Part shown: piece by piece, positions 1-9,091 of the stretch | Layout of the letters: every line of letters starts with the position of its first letter | Numbering within the stretch: position 1 is the first letter of the stretch | Assembly: GCA_044356325.1 (NCBI GenBank) | Contig: JBIKWJ010000001.1 | Location: 56,305 to 120,304, forward strand | Length of the DNA stretch: 64,000 bases | Direction of reading: 5' to 3' | Origin: Minisyncoccia bacterium | GTDB lineage: Bacteria; Patescibacteriota; Minisyncoccia; SW-4-49-11 | The notes under the pieces: generated by a model | The model's database searches: none | The model's input: the letters and a program-made list of their open reading frames with translations, nothing else | What the model was told of the DNA's origin: nothing | Translations under genes and position numbers: made by a program

Positions 1-1128
1 ACGGTCATCCTCCATTGAGTCACCCAATTCACTACGTCGCCTTTCATACGGGGTATGATCAGCAATGTAGATCCCGTCTGCTCGATTCGGCTTAACTCGA
101 ATCACAAAACGATCTCGACATGATCCCCGATGGCCGGGAACTTCGAGCGAATCAATCGCTGTATCAGGAGACACATCTCCAATACCGCACCAGAGGAAGC
201 CCTCATATGCGATCTCAGGAACACTCCCATCATTGGGGGTATCAAGTGATATAAGTCGATAACCACTTCCTGATAGAGCGTAACGATTCGCTGCATCCAG
301 CGCATTCATATTCTTCTGCCCTTGTTTGATTCGAACCACATCGCTATTTTCAGCGAAGCAGAAAATCGAACCAATTGAATCAGGAAAAGGAATTATTGCT
401 GGTATAGCGAATGTACCCACTTTTTCCTCGGGGATTGGGTGGGACACAATAATCTTGAACACAACTTCTTCAAGATAGTGCTTGAACTCTTCCATCACCG
501 TAGCGGTGCGGAAGAGTGTGGGCTCATCTCCCTCGGGATCGTACTCGCGATTGAGGTCGTTCGTATGAACCAGAAGCGGCGGCCGACGACCCGAATGAAT
601 ATGAGTCATCTGGGACAACTTTTCGGAGTCGTCAGTAAGAGCGGCGGTCAAAAAACCGATCGCTTCAAACCATGCCCCTGCCGTTGTTTGGCAGTCACAG
701 CCACCCTTGTACTCGAGGTACAACTTCGGCTCACCGCTGAGTTTACTGTTGACCTTCGAAGCGTTCATAAAGAGATCGCGGTCCCGCTCATAGTCGTCAC
801 CGACATAGAGATAGAAGGTTGGGCCTGACTCGTCATCATGGACGAGAATCATCTTCTGTGGAATCACGATTTCGGTTACAGCAGCTGTGTCATTCCAATG
901 ACCATCTGGCATAGTACGCTGTACGCGGCAAAACCAGAGTTTGAAATCCTGACCCTCAATCCGTGAAACTTTACGAAACTTTTGTTCTCCACTCCCATAT
1001 TCATGAAATTCCACAGTGACACCGGGAACTTGCCAATGGCGTTTCTCAAGCTCGCGAACAATTTGCTCGCAAACAGAATCAAATGGGAATTGAAGAGTAT
1101 TGGGATAAAGAAATTGCATCGTTTGCAT
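1..1128 (-). CDS. Hypothetical protein, >376 aa, runs off the window edge (MQTMQFLYPNTLQFPFDSVCEQIVRELEKRHW...)
   Basis: Manually translated frame is open from ATG at 1128 to base 1. AGGAG Shine-Dalgarno lies 7 nt upstream and TTGACA is at 1229-1224. Visibly more GC-rich than the rest of the window. Not in the ORF track. Confidence 0.8.
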   Translation of the reverse strand, partial: MQTMQFLYPNTLQFPFDSVCEQIVRELEKRHWQVPGVTVEFHEYGSGEQKFRKVSRIEGQDFKLWFCRVQRTMPDGHWNDTAAVTEIVIPQKMILVHDDESGPTFYLYVGDDYERDRDLFMNASKVNSKLSGEPKLYLEYKGGCDCQTTAGAWFEAIGFLTAALTDDSEKLSQMTHIHSGRRPPLLVHTNDLNREYDPEGDEPTLFRTATVMEEFKHYLEEVVFKIIVSHPIPEEKVGTFAIPAIIPFPDSIGSIFCFAENSDVVRIKQGQKNMNALDAANRYALSGSGYRLISLDTPNDGSVPEIAYEGFLWCGIGDVSPDTAIDSLEVPGHRGSCRDRFVIRVKPNRADGIYIADHTPYERRRSELGDSMEDDR

Positions 1129-1252
1129 GGGACTGCTCCTTTGTAATTGGTTTTGTGAAGGTGTAATCCTCAGGCAAAATAGCCTAAAGAATGCAGTACT
1201 TATATACCATATATTTCTATTTTTGTCAATAGCTATTATCAAGTATTACTAA

Positions 1253-1520
1253 TTGCGGAGAGAAAGGGATTAGAACTCGTCGCAAATGGGATTTGCTCCT
1301 TGAAACCACCTCAGTTTCCTCAATACCCCTACAACCCCATCTCGGACACCCACGGTTTCCGACATTCGGAGCAAGCACCTCACTGCCTTCCTCTCTAGGG
1401 GTATTGATTACATCCTCCACGGGAAACTACCGTTTCCCGACCCCTTCCCTGACTTCAAATCTCTCCCAACTGCTACACATAATATAAAAAATTGGGGATA
1501 TACCCCATTTTCTATATTTG
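1253..1520 (-). mobile_element. tRNA-Ser 3'-end duplication enclosing a structured non-coding insert
   Basis: 1253-1278 matches 1518-1543 at 23/26 nt. Insert has hairpins and an inverted T-arm copy TTCAAATCTCTC near 1454-1465. Confidence 0.65.
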
Positions 1521-1609
1521 CGGAGAGAGAGAGATTTGAACTCTCGATAGGTTTGACCCTATACTGCGTTTCGAATGCAGCGCAATAAACCGGACTATGC
1601 GATCTCTCC
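1521..1609 (-). tRNA. tRNA-Ser(CGA)
   Basis: Acceptor GGAGAGA/TCTCTCC, anticodon loop TTCGAAA, long variable arm, T arm GAGAG-TTCAAAT-CTCTC, discriminator G. Confidence 0.93.
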
Positions 1610-1689
1610 AATAGTATGTATTATGGTCTATTTTTGTGATTATTTCAAGATAATGATAAGATATACAGATAGTATAAACTCATATTTTT

Positions 1690-1899
1690 ATGTCATTCCA
1701 AGCCTATCTTGACAATATTTATACCAAAACAGGTAAAACTCCTGAAGATTTTCGTAAATTAGCCAAAACCAAGGGATTATTTACCCCAGAGACCAAGGCT
1801 ACGGCCATTATTAATTGGTTACATGAAGATTTTGATTTGGGGCGTGGTCATGCTATGGCTATTGTAGCTACTTTTAAACAATTTCATAAAGAACAATAA
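1690..1899 (+). CDS. DUF4287 family protein
   Basis: MSFQAYLDNI..KTGKT...WL..DFDLGRGHAMAIV pattern. Confidence 0.8.
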   Translation: MSFQAYLDNIYTKTGKTPEDFRKLAKTKGLFTPETKATAIINWLHEDFDLGRGHAMAIVATFKQFHKEQ

Positions 1900-1902
1900 A
1901 GA

Positions 1903-1934
1903 AACAAAGCCCTCCTTATTTGGAGGACTTTGTT
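1903..1934. terminator. Hairpin terminator between convergent genes
   Basis: AACAAAGCCCTCC-loop-GGAGGACTTTGTT inverted repeat. Confidence 0.6.
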
Positions 1935-1941
1935 GAGAGAT

Positions 1942-2268
1942 TTACCTCACAAAAATATATATCCATTTACAAAGCAGGATAATAAGCCCAACCACTTGGA
2001 CCACTTGGACAGTTGGATTGTACTGGTAACTACTCATTCCAGTATAAAGACTCCTCAATCTCTTCTCTAAACGATATAGAGTAGAATTGGCGAAGATAGC
2101 GAGAATATAAAGAAAAGTCAATGCTAATAACACTGCAAAAGATTCGTTAGCCTTGAAAAGGCTTGTTACTGCTGCTACCATGACTATTTGTCTAGTTAGC
2201 CTAATTTTCTGAGGCCGAGGACTCAGAACACGAAAGTCACTGATTTGTGTATTAGAAAGTGCTGTCAT
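1942..2268 (-). CDS. Small hypothetical membrane protein
   Basis: 108-aa ORF with about 3 hydrophobic segments. Confidence 0.55.
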   Translation of the reverse strand: MTALSNTQISDFRVLSPRPQKIRLTRQIVMVAAVTSLFKANESFAVLLALTFLYILAIFANSTLYRLEKRLRSLYTGMSSYQYNPTVQVVQVVGLIILLCKWIYIFVR

Positions 2269-2394
2269 CTTTAGCAGATAACAAGGAACATTATGATAAT
2301 AATATATTTTTACAATAATTGCAAGTATTTTATGGAAAAATCTTGCCCTCTATAGCCTCTTATGATACTATAATATATATATATAATACTTATT

Positions 2395-4224
2395 ATGAGT
2401 GAAAAATTATCTCTAGATACCAAAAGACATACCGGTGCACATATTTTAGCAGCTGCAGTATATGAAATGTTCCCAGAAGCTCAATTTGGAGTAGGTCCTA
2501 CTACTGAGAATGGATTTTATTATGATATTCTCCTTCCTCGCACTCTTATCCCAGAGGATTTGCCTTTGCTTGAGGATAAGATGAAAGCTATTATTAAGGC
2601 AAATTTACCCGTTGAGAGAGAAGAAATGGCTATTGATGATGCTATTGATCATTTCCGACAGGCAGGGCAATTATTGAAGGGTGAATTATTACAAGATCTC
2701 AAAACTCATGGGACTACCAATTTCTCTGAAATATATGGAGAAGGTGAAGCTGTCCCTCACGAGAATGAAGTGGCGACAGTAAGTGTATATAAAATTGGGA
2801 ACTTTGTAGATTTATGTCGTGGCCCTCACATTGAGACTACGGGTCAATTAGATATTACGGCTTTTAGTCTAGATAGTATATCTGCTTCCTATTTCCGTGG
2901 AGATCAAAGTCGTGAGAGTATGCAGAGAATTTATGGAATATTATTCCATTCCAAAAAGGATTTAAAAGAATTTTTGCATAATAGAGAAGAAGCCAAAAAG
3001 CGAGATCATCGTGTATTAGGGAAAAGTTTAGGTTTATTTACTTTCTCAGAACTCGTAGGTTCAGGGCTTCCTCTTTATACTCCTGCTGGAACAACTCTCA
3101 AAAATAATATTGCAGGATTATTACGGCAAATTAGTAAAAAATATGGCGCTGAAGAAGTTTCTATTCCTCATATTGCTAAAAGAGAGCTTTATGAAATTAG
3201 TGGTCATGCTCAAAAGTTTTCAGAAGAACTCTTAACGGTACATAGTCATTATCAGCAAGATTTTGTATTAAAACCCGTAAATTGTCCTCATCATACACAA
3301 CTATTTGCTTCTGAGCCTCGTAGTTATCGCGATTTGCCTATTCGGTATATTGAATCCACTATGCAATATCGAGATGAAAAGCCAGGACAAATTGGAGGAC
3401 TTACTCGTACTCGAGGATTTACCGTAGATGATGGACATACTTTCTTAGCTGTCAGCCAGATTAAAGATGAGGTGAATTTACTTATCAAAACTATTTCAGA
3501 CTTCTATAACAGTTTTGGATTATGGGAGAATAAATGGGTTTCTCTTTCAGTAAGAGATTATAGTGATTTATCTAAATATACTGGAGTACCTGAGGATTGG
3601 GATAAGGCTGAGGAAATGCTAGAGTCTATTGCTGAGGAAAATGGTCTACAAGCCCAAAAATGCGAAGGAGAGGCTGCTATTTATGGACCAAAGCTCGATT
3701 TTATGTTCTATGATGCTCTTGGCAATGAGAGACAACTTGCGACAATACAATTAGACTTTGCAACTCCTAAACGATTTGAACTCGAATATATTGATGAGGA
3801 AGGAAATGCACAAACTCCGGTGATGATACATAGAGCTATTCTTGGTTCTTATGAACGATTCCTTGCTATTCTGATTGAGCATTATGCTGGGCGATTTCCG
3901 TATTGGCTAGCTCCAACTCAAGTGTCGGTATTAACCGTAAATGATTCAGATGAAGTCTCTGAATATACCAAGAATATTATTGAACAATTAGATGAAGTGG
4001 TATTATCTTCCCCTCTTAAATATAATGAGCTACGGTATATTGTAGATAATAGCTCTGAATCTCTTGGCAAAAAAATTCGTAATGCAGAATTACAAAAAAT
4101 CCCTGTGATTATTATTGTCGGTCCAAAAGATATAGAGGCGAGTCAAGTAAGTGTCCGCACTCATAGCGGTGAGAGCAAAATTGCTTTGTCTGAATTACAA
4201 AAATTCCTAGAAAATTTTGAATAA
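2395..4224 (+). CDS. thrS: Threonine--tRNA ligase (no N-terminal TGS domain)
   Basis: RHTGAHILA, DLCRGPH, KPVNCPHH, YGPKLDF and PVMIHRA motifs. Confidence 0.97.
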   Translation: MSEKLSLDTKRHTGAHILAAAVYEMFPEAQFGVGPTTENGFYYDILLPRTLIPEDLPLLEDKMKAIIKANLPVEREEMAIDDAIDHFRQAGQLLKGELLQDLKTHGTTNFSEIYGEGEAVPHENEVATVSVYKIGNFVDLCRGPHIETTGQLDITAFSLDSISASYFRGDQSRESMQRIYGILFHSKKDLKEFLHNREEAKKRDHRVLGKSLGLFTFSELVGSGLPLYTPAGTTLKNNIAGLLRQISKKYGAEEVSIPHIAKRELYEISGHAQKFSEELLTVHSHYQQDFVLKPVNCPHHTQLFASEPRSYRDLPIRYIESTMQYRDEKPGQIGGLTRTRGFTVDDGHTFLAVSQIKDEVNLLIKTISDFYNSFGLWENKWVSLSVRDYSDLSKYTGVPEDWDKAEEMLESIAEENGLQAQKCEGEAAIYGPKLDFMFYDALGNERQLATIQLDFATPKRFELEYIDEEGNAQTPVMIHRAILGSYERFLAILIEHYAGRFPYWLAPTQVSVLTVNDSDEVSEYTKNIIEQLDEVVLSSPLKYNELRYIVDNSSESLGKKIRNAELQKIPVIIIVGPKDIEASQVSVRTHSGESKIALSELQKFLENFE

Positions 4225-4226
4225 TT

Positions 4227-4817
4227 TTAATATTGTAAGAATACTCCGATAAGAATCAAAACAAATCCCACACCCAAATTAACATAAGGTTGTTTGGTAT
4301 CAATTTTTGCACCTAATTGATGTAATTTATCTTTTATACTATTTATAATTTCATGTTTTTCGGTGATTGCAATGAGCCAGAATATAAGGATGGGAATATG
4401 AAAAGCAATATTGAGTCCGGTATTAGCTATCACTCTATAAATTGTCTTATCGAATAAAATATTAATTTGAATAGCTAAGAATACATATTCTACTAGAGCT
4501 GGAAAATCTATAAAAGGAGCTATAATTCCCATTAAAAAAGGTAATGTCCCATAATATTTGGGATAAGTTTTAACTTTATCTAATTTAGGTTTTTTAGGAA
4601 TTATGGAATACAATAGCAAGATAACTCCTATCAGTATCAAGACATAACTATTGATAAGCTTAATATGATTTTTTATAGCATCAACTTCCTCTTTCAAACC
4701 CCAAATAATAACTCCAGAAATTATAAAATGAATCAAGAATAACCCCACCAAAAACCAAAACATATTTTTGGCAGATTTAGAATGTGCCAAATAATATAAA
4801 CTTAATATAACTGTCAT
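4227..4817 (-). CDS. Polytopic membrane protein, possibly GAP/Sap-like
   Basis: About 5 transmembrane segments; family assignment is tentative. Confidence 0.5.
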   Translation of the reverse strand: MTVILSLYYLAHSKSAKNMFWFLVGLFLIHFIISGVIIWGLKEEVDAIKNHIKLINSYVLILIGVILLLYSIIPKKPKLDKVKTYPKYYGTLPFLMGIIAPFIDFPALVEYVFLAIQINILFDKTIYRVIANTGLNIAFHIPILIFWLIAITEKHEIINSIKDKLHQLGAKIDTKQPYVNLGVGFVLILIGVFLQY

Positions 4818-4830
4818 ATATTTTTATATA

Positions 4831-6213
4831 TTAGAATTCTCCAAAAGTTTCACTATTGAGATAGGCTCCAATATCCTCAATATCTATTCTCAGTTGTTCC
4901 ATAGTATCTCGATGTCTGATAGTAACAGTTCCCTCAGATAAGGTCTCATAATCTACTGTTACACACCAAGGAGTACCAATTTCATCTTGCCTTCGATATC
5001 TCTTTCCTATTGATCCGGCCATATCCATATCCGCAAGTATCCCCTTTTTACGAAGATTCATATAGATTTCTTTTGCATTTTCAGCGAGGCCATCTTTTTT
5101 CATCAATGGGAGTATAGCAATTTTATATGGAGCAATATGATAAGGGAATTTGAGTACAATACGAGACTCATCACTTCCTGTAACTTTCTCCTCATTATAA
5201 AATTCAAACAGAGAAGATAAGAGAAGTCTATTTACTCCTAGAGAAGTCTCAATCACATAAGGGAAATATTGCTCATTGGTCTCGGGATCGCGATATCTCA
5301 AATCCTTACCACTAAATTTACTATGTTGTCGGGTATCATAGTCAGTACGATTATGAAGACCTTCTAGTTCTTTGAATCCCACAGCTCCAAATTCATAATC
5401 TATATCCCAAGCATCTTTTGCATAAAATACGAGTTTTTCATGTTGGCGAAATTTGATATGCTCAGTATTATACCCCAGATACTCTGTATAGAATTTGTAG
5501 CGATAATCTTTCCAGAATTCATACCATTCATCTTCCTCTCCTGGTTTTACAAAAAATTGTAAATCTATTTGTTCAAATTCACGCGTACGGAAAATATATT
5601 GTTTTACGGTAATCTCATTACGAAAAGCCTTACCAAGTTGCGCAATACCAAATGGTAATTTGCGTCGGCTCGTCTCCTGTACTAATTTCCAATTAACATA
5701 AATATTCTGACAAGCCTCCCCTTTTAGATAAGCAACAGTAGAGTCATCGACAGTTGCTCCAAGATGCGTTTGTACAAGGAGATTGAATTGTTTTACTTTT
5801 GTGAGGGGATTACCATCGGGAGAGAGAATTTTATTGTCCTCAATAACCTTATCTGTCTCTTCTGGAGAAAGACTATCTGCATTATCCATAATACCAGCAT
5901 CCTCAATCAAGTGGTCAGCCCGATAGCGTTTATGAGTAACCGTATCCTCTACCAAAAGATCCGCAAATCCTCCAATATGACCACTTGCTTCCCAAACTTT
6001 AGGGTGAAGGAATATAGCTCCTTCAATTTCTACCACATCATCGCGATAAGTCACCATATAATCTCGCCAGGCTTGCACGAGATTGTCTTTTAATAATTTT
6101 CCAAGAGGTCCAAAATCATAAACCGAAGAATATCCCCCATAAATCTCAGATGAGGGGAATATAAATCCATTGCGATGAGCATATTTTACAATTGTATCCA
6201 GTTTTGTTGACAT
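4831..6213 (-). CDS. glyS: Glycine--tRNA ligase, homodimeric type
   Basis: SSEIYGG, VWEASGH, GKAFRNEIT, FRTREFEQ and GSIGKRYRRQDEIGTP motifs. Confidence 0.96.
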   Translation of the reverse strand: MSTKLDTIVKYAHRNGFIFPSSEIYGGYSSVYDFGPLGKLLKDNLVQAWRDYMVTYRDDVVEIEGAIFLHPKVWEASGHIGGFADLLVEDTVTHKRYRADHLIEDAGIMDNADSLSPEETDKVIEDNKILSPDGNPLTKVKQFNLLVQTHLGATVDDSTVAYLKGEACQNIYVNWKLVQETSRRKLPFGIAQLGKAFRNEITVKQYIFRTREFEQIDLQFFVKPGEEDEWYEFWKDYRYKFYTEYLGYNTEHIKFRQHEKLVFYAKDAWDIDYEFGAVGFKELEGLHNRTDYDTRQHSKFSGKDLRYRDPETNEQYFPYVIETSLGVNRLLLSSLFEFYNEEKVTGSDESRIVLKFPYHIAPYKIAILPLMKKDGLAENAKEIYMNLRKKGILADMDMAGSIGKRYRRQDEIGTPWCVTVDYETLSEGTVTIRHRDTMEQLRIDIEDIGAYLNSETFGEF

Positions 6214-6276
6214 AAAGCAATCTAAATTTGAATTATTGTATTTATTATAGCAAATAACTGTGTTCTTGTGAATAAA

Positions 6277-6843
6277 TTACCCCCAATTACCCTCTTCAAT
6301 ATTATCTTTATCTTCTAGGATATCTTCTATAGAACTGAGCAGTTCTTCTTTTTTCTTTTTGACTGCAAGTGCTATTAAGTCTCGCATACTATTAGCATCT
6401 TGTATAAGCATTGAACTTGCATGTTGCCTGTGATATACACCTCCCGCTCGGAGTACATCAGGATAGTCTTTGATACAAATGGTGGGTACAGATTCAAATT
6501 CCTCAATTTCAAGTATGAGAAGTCGTTTATTTTCATATTCTATAGTTTTGATAGTATATCGGGGCAATGGGTCAAGATAATTACTAATATATTGATCAAT
6601 CCAAGTTCTATCTACACTTTCTAAATCTTCAGTACTGAGTCCAGATATCTCTTTTTTATCTGATACTCCAAATATCAACATTCCCCCATTAGGCATATTA
6701 GATATAGCAGCTATATGCTTGGCAAGTTTCACCTTGCGATACTCATCAAAGGTATGCCAATTGAATTCTTGCTTGAAGTCTATATGATTGTCTTCATATC
6801 CTTCGGTGATAACTTTTTGTAATAATTCGGGGGTGTATTTCAT
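6277..6843 (-). CDS. Schlafen/AlbA_2 domain protein
   Basis: E-DNHIDFK...KHIAAISN..GGMLIFGVSD motif. Confidence 0.8.
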   Translation of the reverse strand: MKYTPELLQKVITEGYEDNHIDFKQEFNWHTFDEYRKVKLAKHIAAISNMPNGGMLIFGVSDKKEISGLSTEDLESVDRTWIDQYISNYLDPLPRYTIKTIEYENKRLLILEIEEFESVPTICIKDYPDVLRAGGVYHRQHASSMLIQDANSMRDLIALAVKKKKEELLSSIEDILEDKDNIEEGNWG

Positions 6844-6915
6844 ATAATGTTATATTACATTATATATAGTATATCATATTGACCGTATTGATGATATATA
6901 AATATTTTTATACAA

Positions 6916-7602
6916 TTATTTTTTCACTTTCCCAAACTTTAACTTCAAAATTCCAAATAACAACTCAAAGCTAGTTAATACGTTAACATTACTTGTACCA
7001 TTTTTTCTCGCATCAAATTGTATTGGGATTTGGCTAATTTGATAACCCTGATTTTTGGCTTTATATAAAAACTCATAATCAAAACCCCATGGAGTTGGGT
7101 TTAATATTATATCATTCAGAATTTTTTTCTTAAAGACTTTCATTCCTGACTGAATATCATAAGGGAGTCCAAGCAATATTTTACCAAATACTTTTGCATA
7201 TATTCTACTCAGTAGTTTTCTATACCATTTTATATTCTGTACCACCCTATTAGCTACTACAATATCATAATCTTTCATTTTGAATAACATATCATAGAGT
7301 AATTCAGGGGGATATTGCAAATCGGCATCAATCATTGCTACTACCGAGTATTTAGCTTTGATAAAACCTTCTAATAATGACTGTGCCTTCCCCTTTTCCC
7401 CTTTTTTAAGTAATATCTTTAAAGGATATCTCCTATTTAACTTTCTTAATATATCTAATGTTCTATCTTTAGAAAAATCATCAATAATAATAATTTCATA
7501 TCTCACTTTATTTTGAGTCATATTAATATGAATTCTCTTTATTAATTCTTTTACATTTAACTCTTCATTATAGGTTGGAATAATAATAGATAAATACTTC
7601 AT
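6916..7602 (-). CDS. GT2 polyprenol-phosphate glycosyltransferase (DPM1-like)
   Basis: LSIIIPTYNEE, DDFSKD, DADLQYPPE and DIQSGMK motifs. Start moved to MKYLS. Confidence 0.88.
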   Translation of the reverse strand: MKYLSIIIPTYNEELNVKELIKRIHINMTQNKVRYEIIIIDDFSKDRTLDILRKLNRRYPLKILLKKGEKGKAQSLLEGFIKAKYSVVAMIDADLQYPPELLYDMLFKMKDYDIVVANRVVQNIKWYRKLLSRIYAKVFGKILLGLPYDIQSGMKVFKKKILNDIILNPTPWGFDYEFLYKAKNQGYQISQIPIQFDARKNGTSNVNVLTSFELLFGILKLKFGKVKK

Positions 7603-7603
7603 A

Positions 7604-9091
7604 TTATAATTTAATCTTATACTGATATAGAGTGAGACCGGGAGAGAATTTTCTCTCAGCGACCTTTTCAAAATTATTATCTAAATATGTTTTAAATTCT
7701 TTTTCATAACCTTGATCATAAGATAAGATTACATACATATATTGATGACCTTCTTTAATCCTATCCACTTGTGTTGAAATGGTATTACTATTAAATTGAG
7801 GTATTGATGATATTTTACTTCTATCCCAAATTGGGAATGTCTCTACTTTAGTAATGCCCTGATAATAATACTCAAATGGATATATAATAAATGGTGCGGA
7901 CAACACAATTACATCTCTAGCAGTCGCTTTGGCTGTTAGATACATACTAATATCTTCAAAATTTTCTTTTACTGGAGTATTGGGGTTAGAAATCTGGAAG
8001 AACAAAGATAATCCTATTACAAGTATGATACCAATATACAAAATTTTCATTTGTCTTTTAAAATAAGTCGTAATTATATAGATAATGTATATATATAAGA
8101 ATAAAGAACTTACAATAAGATATCTAGATAAGAATATTGGTCTTAAATAACTTAATATAAAAGCCAATCCTACTGGAATTAACATTTGAAATAGAACGAA
8201 GGTATTAAAAACCGAATAATTTAATTTCCTTTGTAATGTAGTAAATATAATAATTACAATAACTGGCCAACTGGATAAAATAATACTATTAATAATATCC
8301 GGCTGAAAACCAAATATATATTGAGAAAATATATTGAATAAATCAACTGAACTAGGAGCATTCAAAATAGGTTTGGTATTAGCTGCTGAGCCTAGATTAA
8401 TAACATAATATATCCAAGGAGCAATAGCTAAAATTAGAATAATACCAACTATGATAAACTTTTGAAACAAATTTCTTGAAAATTGCTTATAATTTGTTAT
8501 ATAAAACAAAGCATTAGATAACAAGAATAGCCAATAAAAATAATGTGTATATATACCTAGTATTGCAGTTATTATAAAGCCAATCCAACTAATTCTCTTA
8601 TCTCTTTTTAATATATCTATAAAAAATATACTATTTAATACTGCTAATAGTAATAATAAACTATACATTCTCGCTTCATTAGCATGCCAGCTTATAAATG
8701 GAGATAATATAAATATAACAGTAGTCATTAATCCAATTTTTGTATTATATAGCTTACTAGCCAAAACATATACAAAAGGAATTGAAATGATAGATATAAA
8801 TAGAGATAAATACCTAGCAGATATAATAGTATTATCAAATATAGCTTGCCAAAAATGGAGAATTATATGATATAAGGGGACATGAACATCTCGTCCTACT
8901 ATATCTAATATTTCTGACACACTATGACTAACTTGCCAAATACTTTGAGCCTCATCAAGTCTAATACTATTGAAATATATAAAGGGAATAGAGATAATAA
9001 TACTAATGAGTATAAGGAATATTAACCATATGATAGTATTGAGACTCCATATTTTTTGATCTTGTGATACATTCATAAATAGTTTATACAT
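7604..9091 (-). CDS. GT-C fold membrane glycosyltransferase (PMT/ArnT-like)
   Basis: RLDEAQS, DVHVPLYH, EARMYSL and YTHY motifs; many transmembrane helices. Confidence 0.85.
   Translation of the reverse strand: MYKLFMNVSQDQKIWSLNTIIWLIFLILISIIISIPFIYFNSIRLDEAQSIWQVSHSVSEILDIVGRDVHVPLYHIILHFWQAIFDNTIISARYLSLFISIISIPFVYVLASKLYNTKIGLMTTVIFILSPFISWHANEARMYSLLLLLAVLNSIFFIDILKRDKRISWIGFIITAILGIYTHYFYWLFLLSNALFYITNYKQFSRNLFQKFIIVGIILILAIAPWIYYVINLGSAANTKPILNAPSSVDLFNIFSQYIFGFQPDIINSIILSSWPVIVIIIFTTLQRKLNYSVFNTFVLFQMLIPVGLAFILSYLRPIFLSRYLIVSSLFLYIYIIYIITTYFKRQMKILYIGIILVIGLSLFFQISNPNTPVKENFEDISMYLTAKATARDVIVLSAPFIIYPFEYYYQGITKVETFPIWDRSKISSIPQFNSNTISTQVDRIKEGHQYMYVILSYDQGYEKEFKTYLDNNFEKVAERKFSPGLTLYQYKIKL

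Noticed and set aside
102-1082. ORF-track ORFs 102-305, 439-828 and 876-1082
   Set aside because: They are alternative-frame or antisense shadows of the long minus-strand ORF 1-1128.
1253-1609. Intron-containing or split tRNA-Ser
   Set aside because: The tRNA at 1521-1609 is already complete; the extra piece is only a diverged 3' duplicate.
1226-1611. ORFs 1226-1420, 1293-1487 and 1408-1611
   Set aside because: They overlap tRNA-Ser and its structured insert and show no protein-like features.
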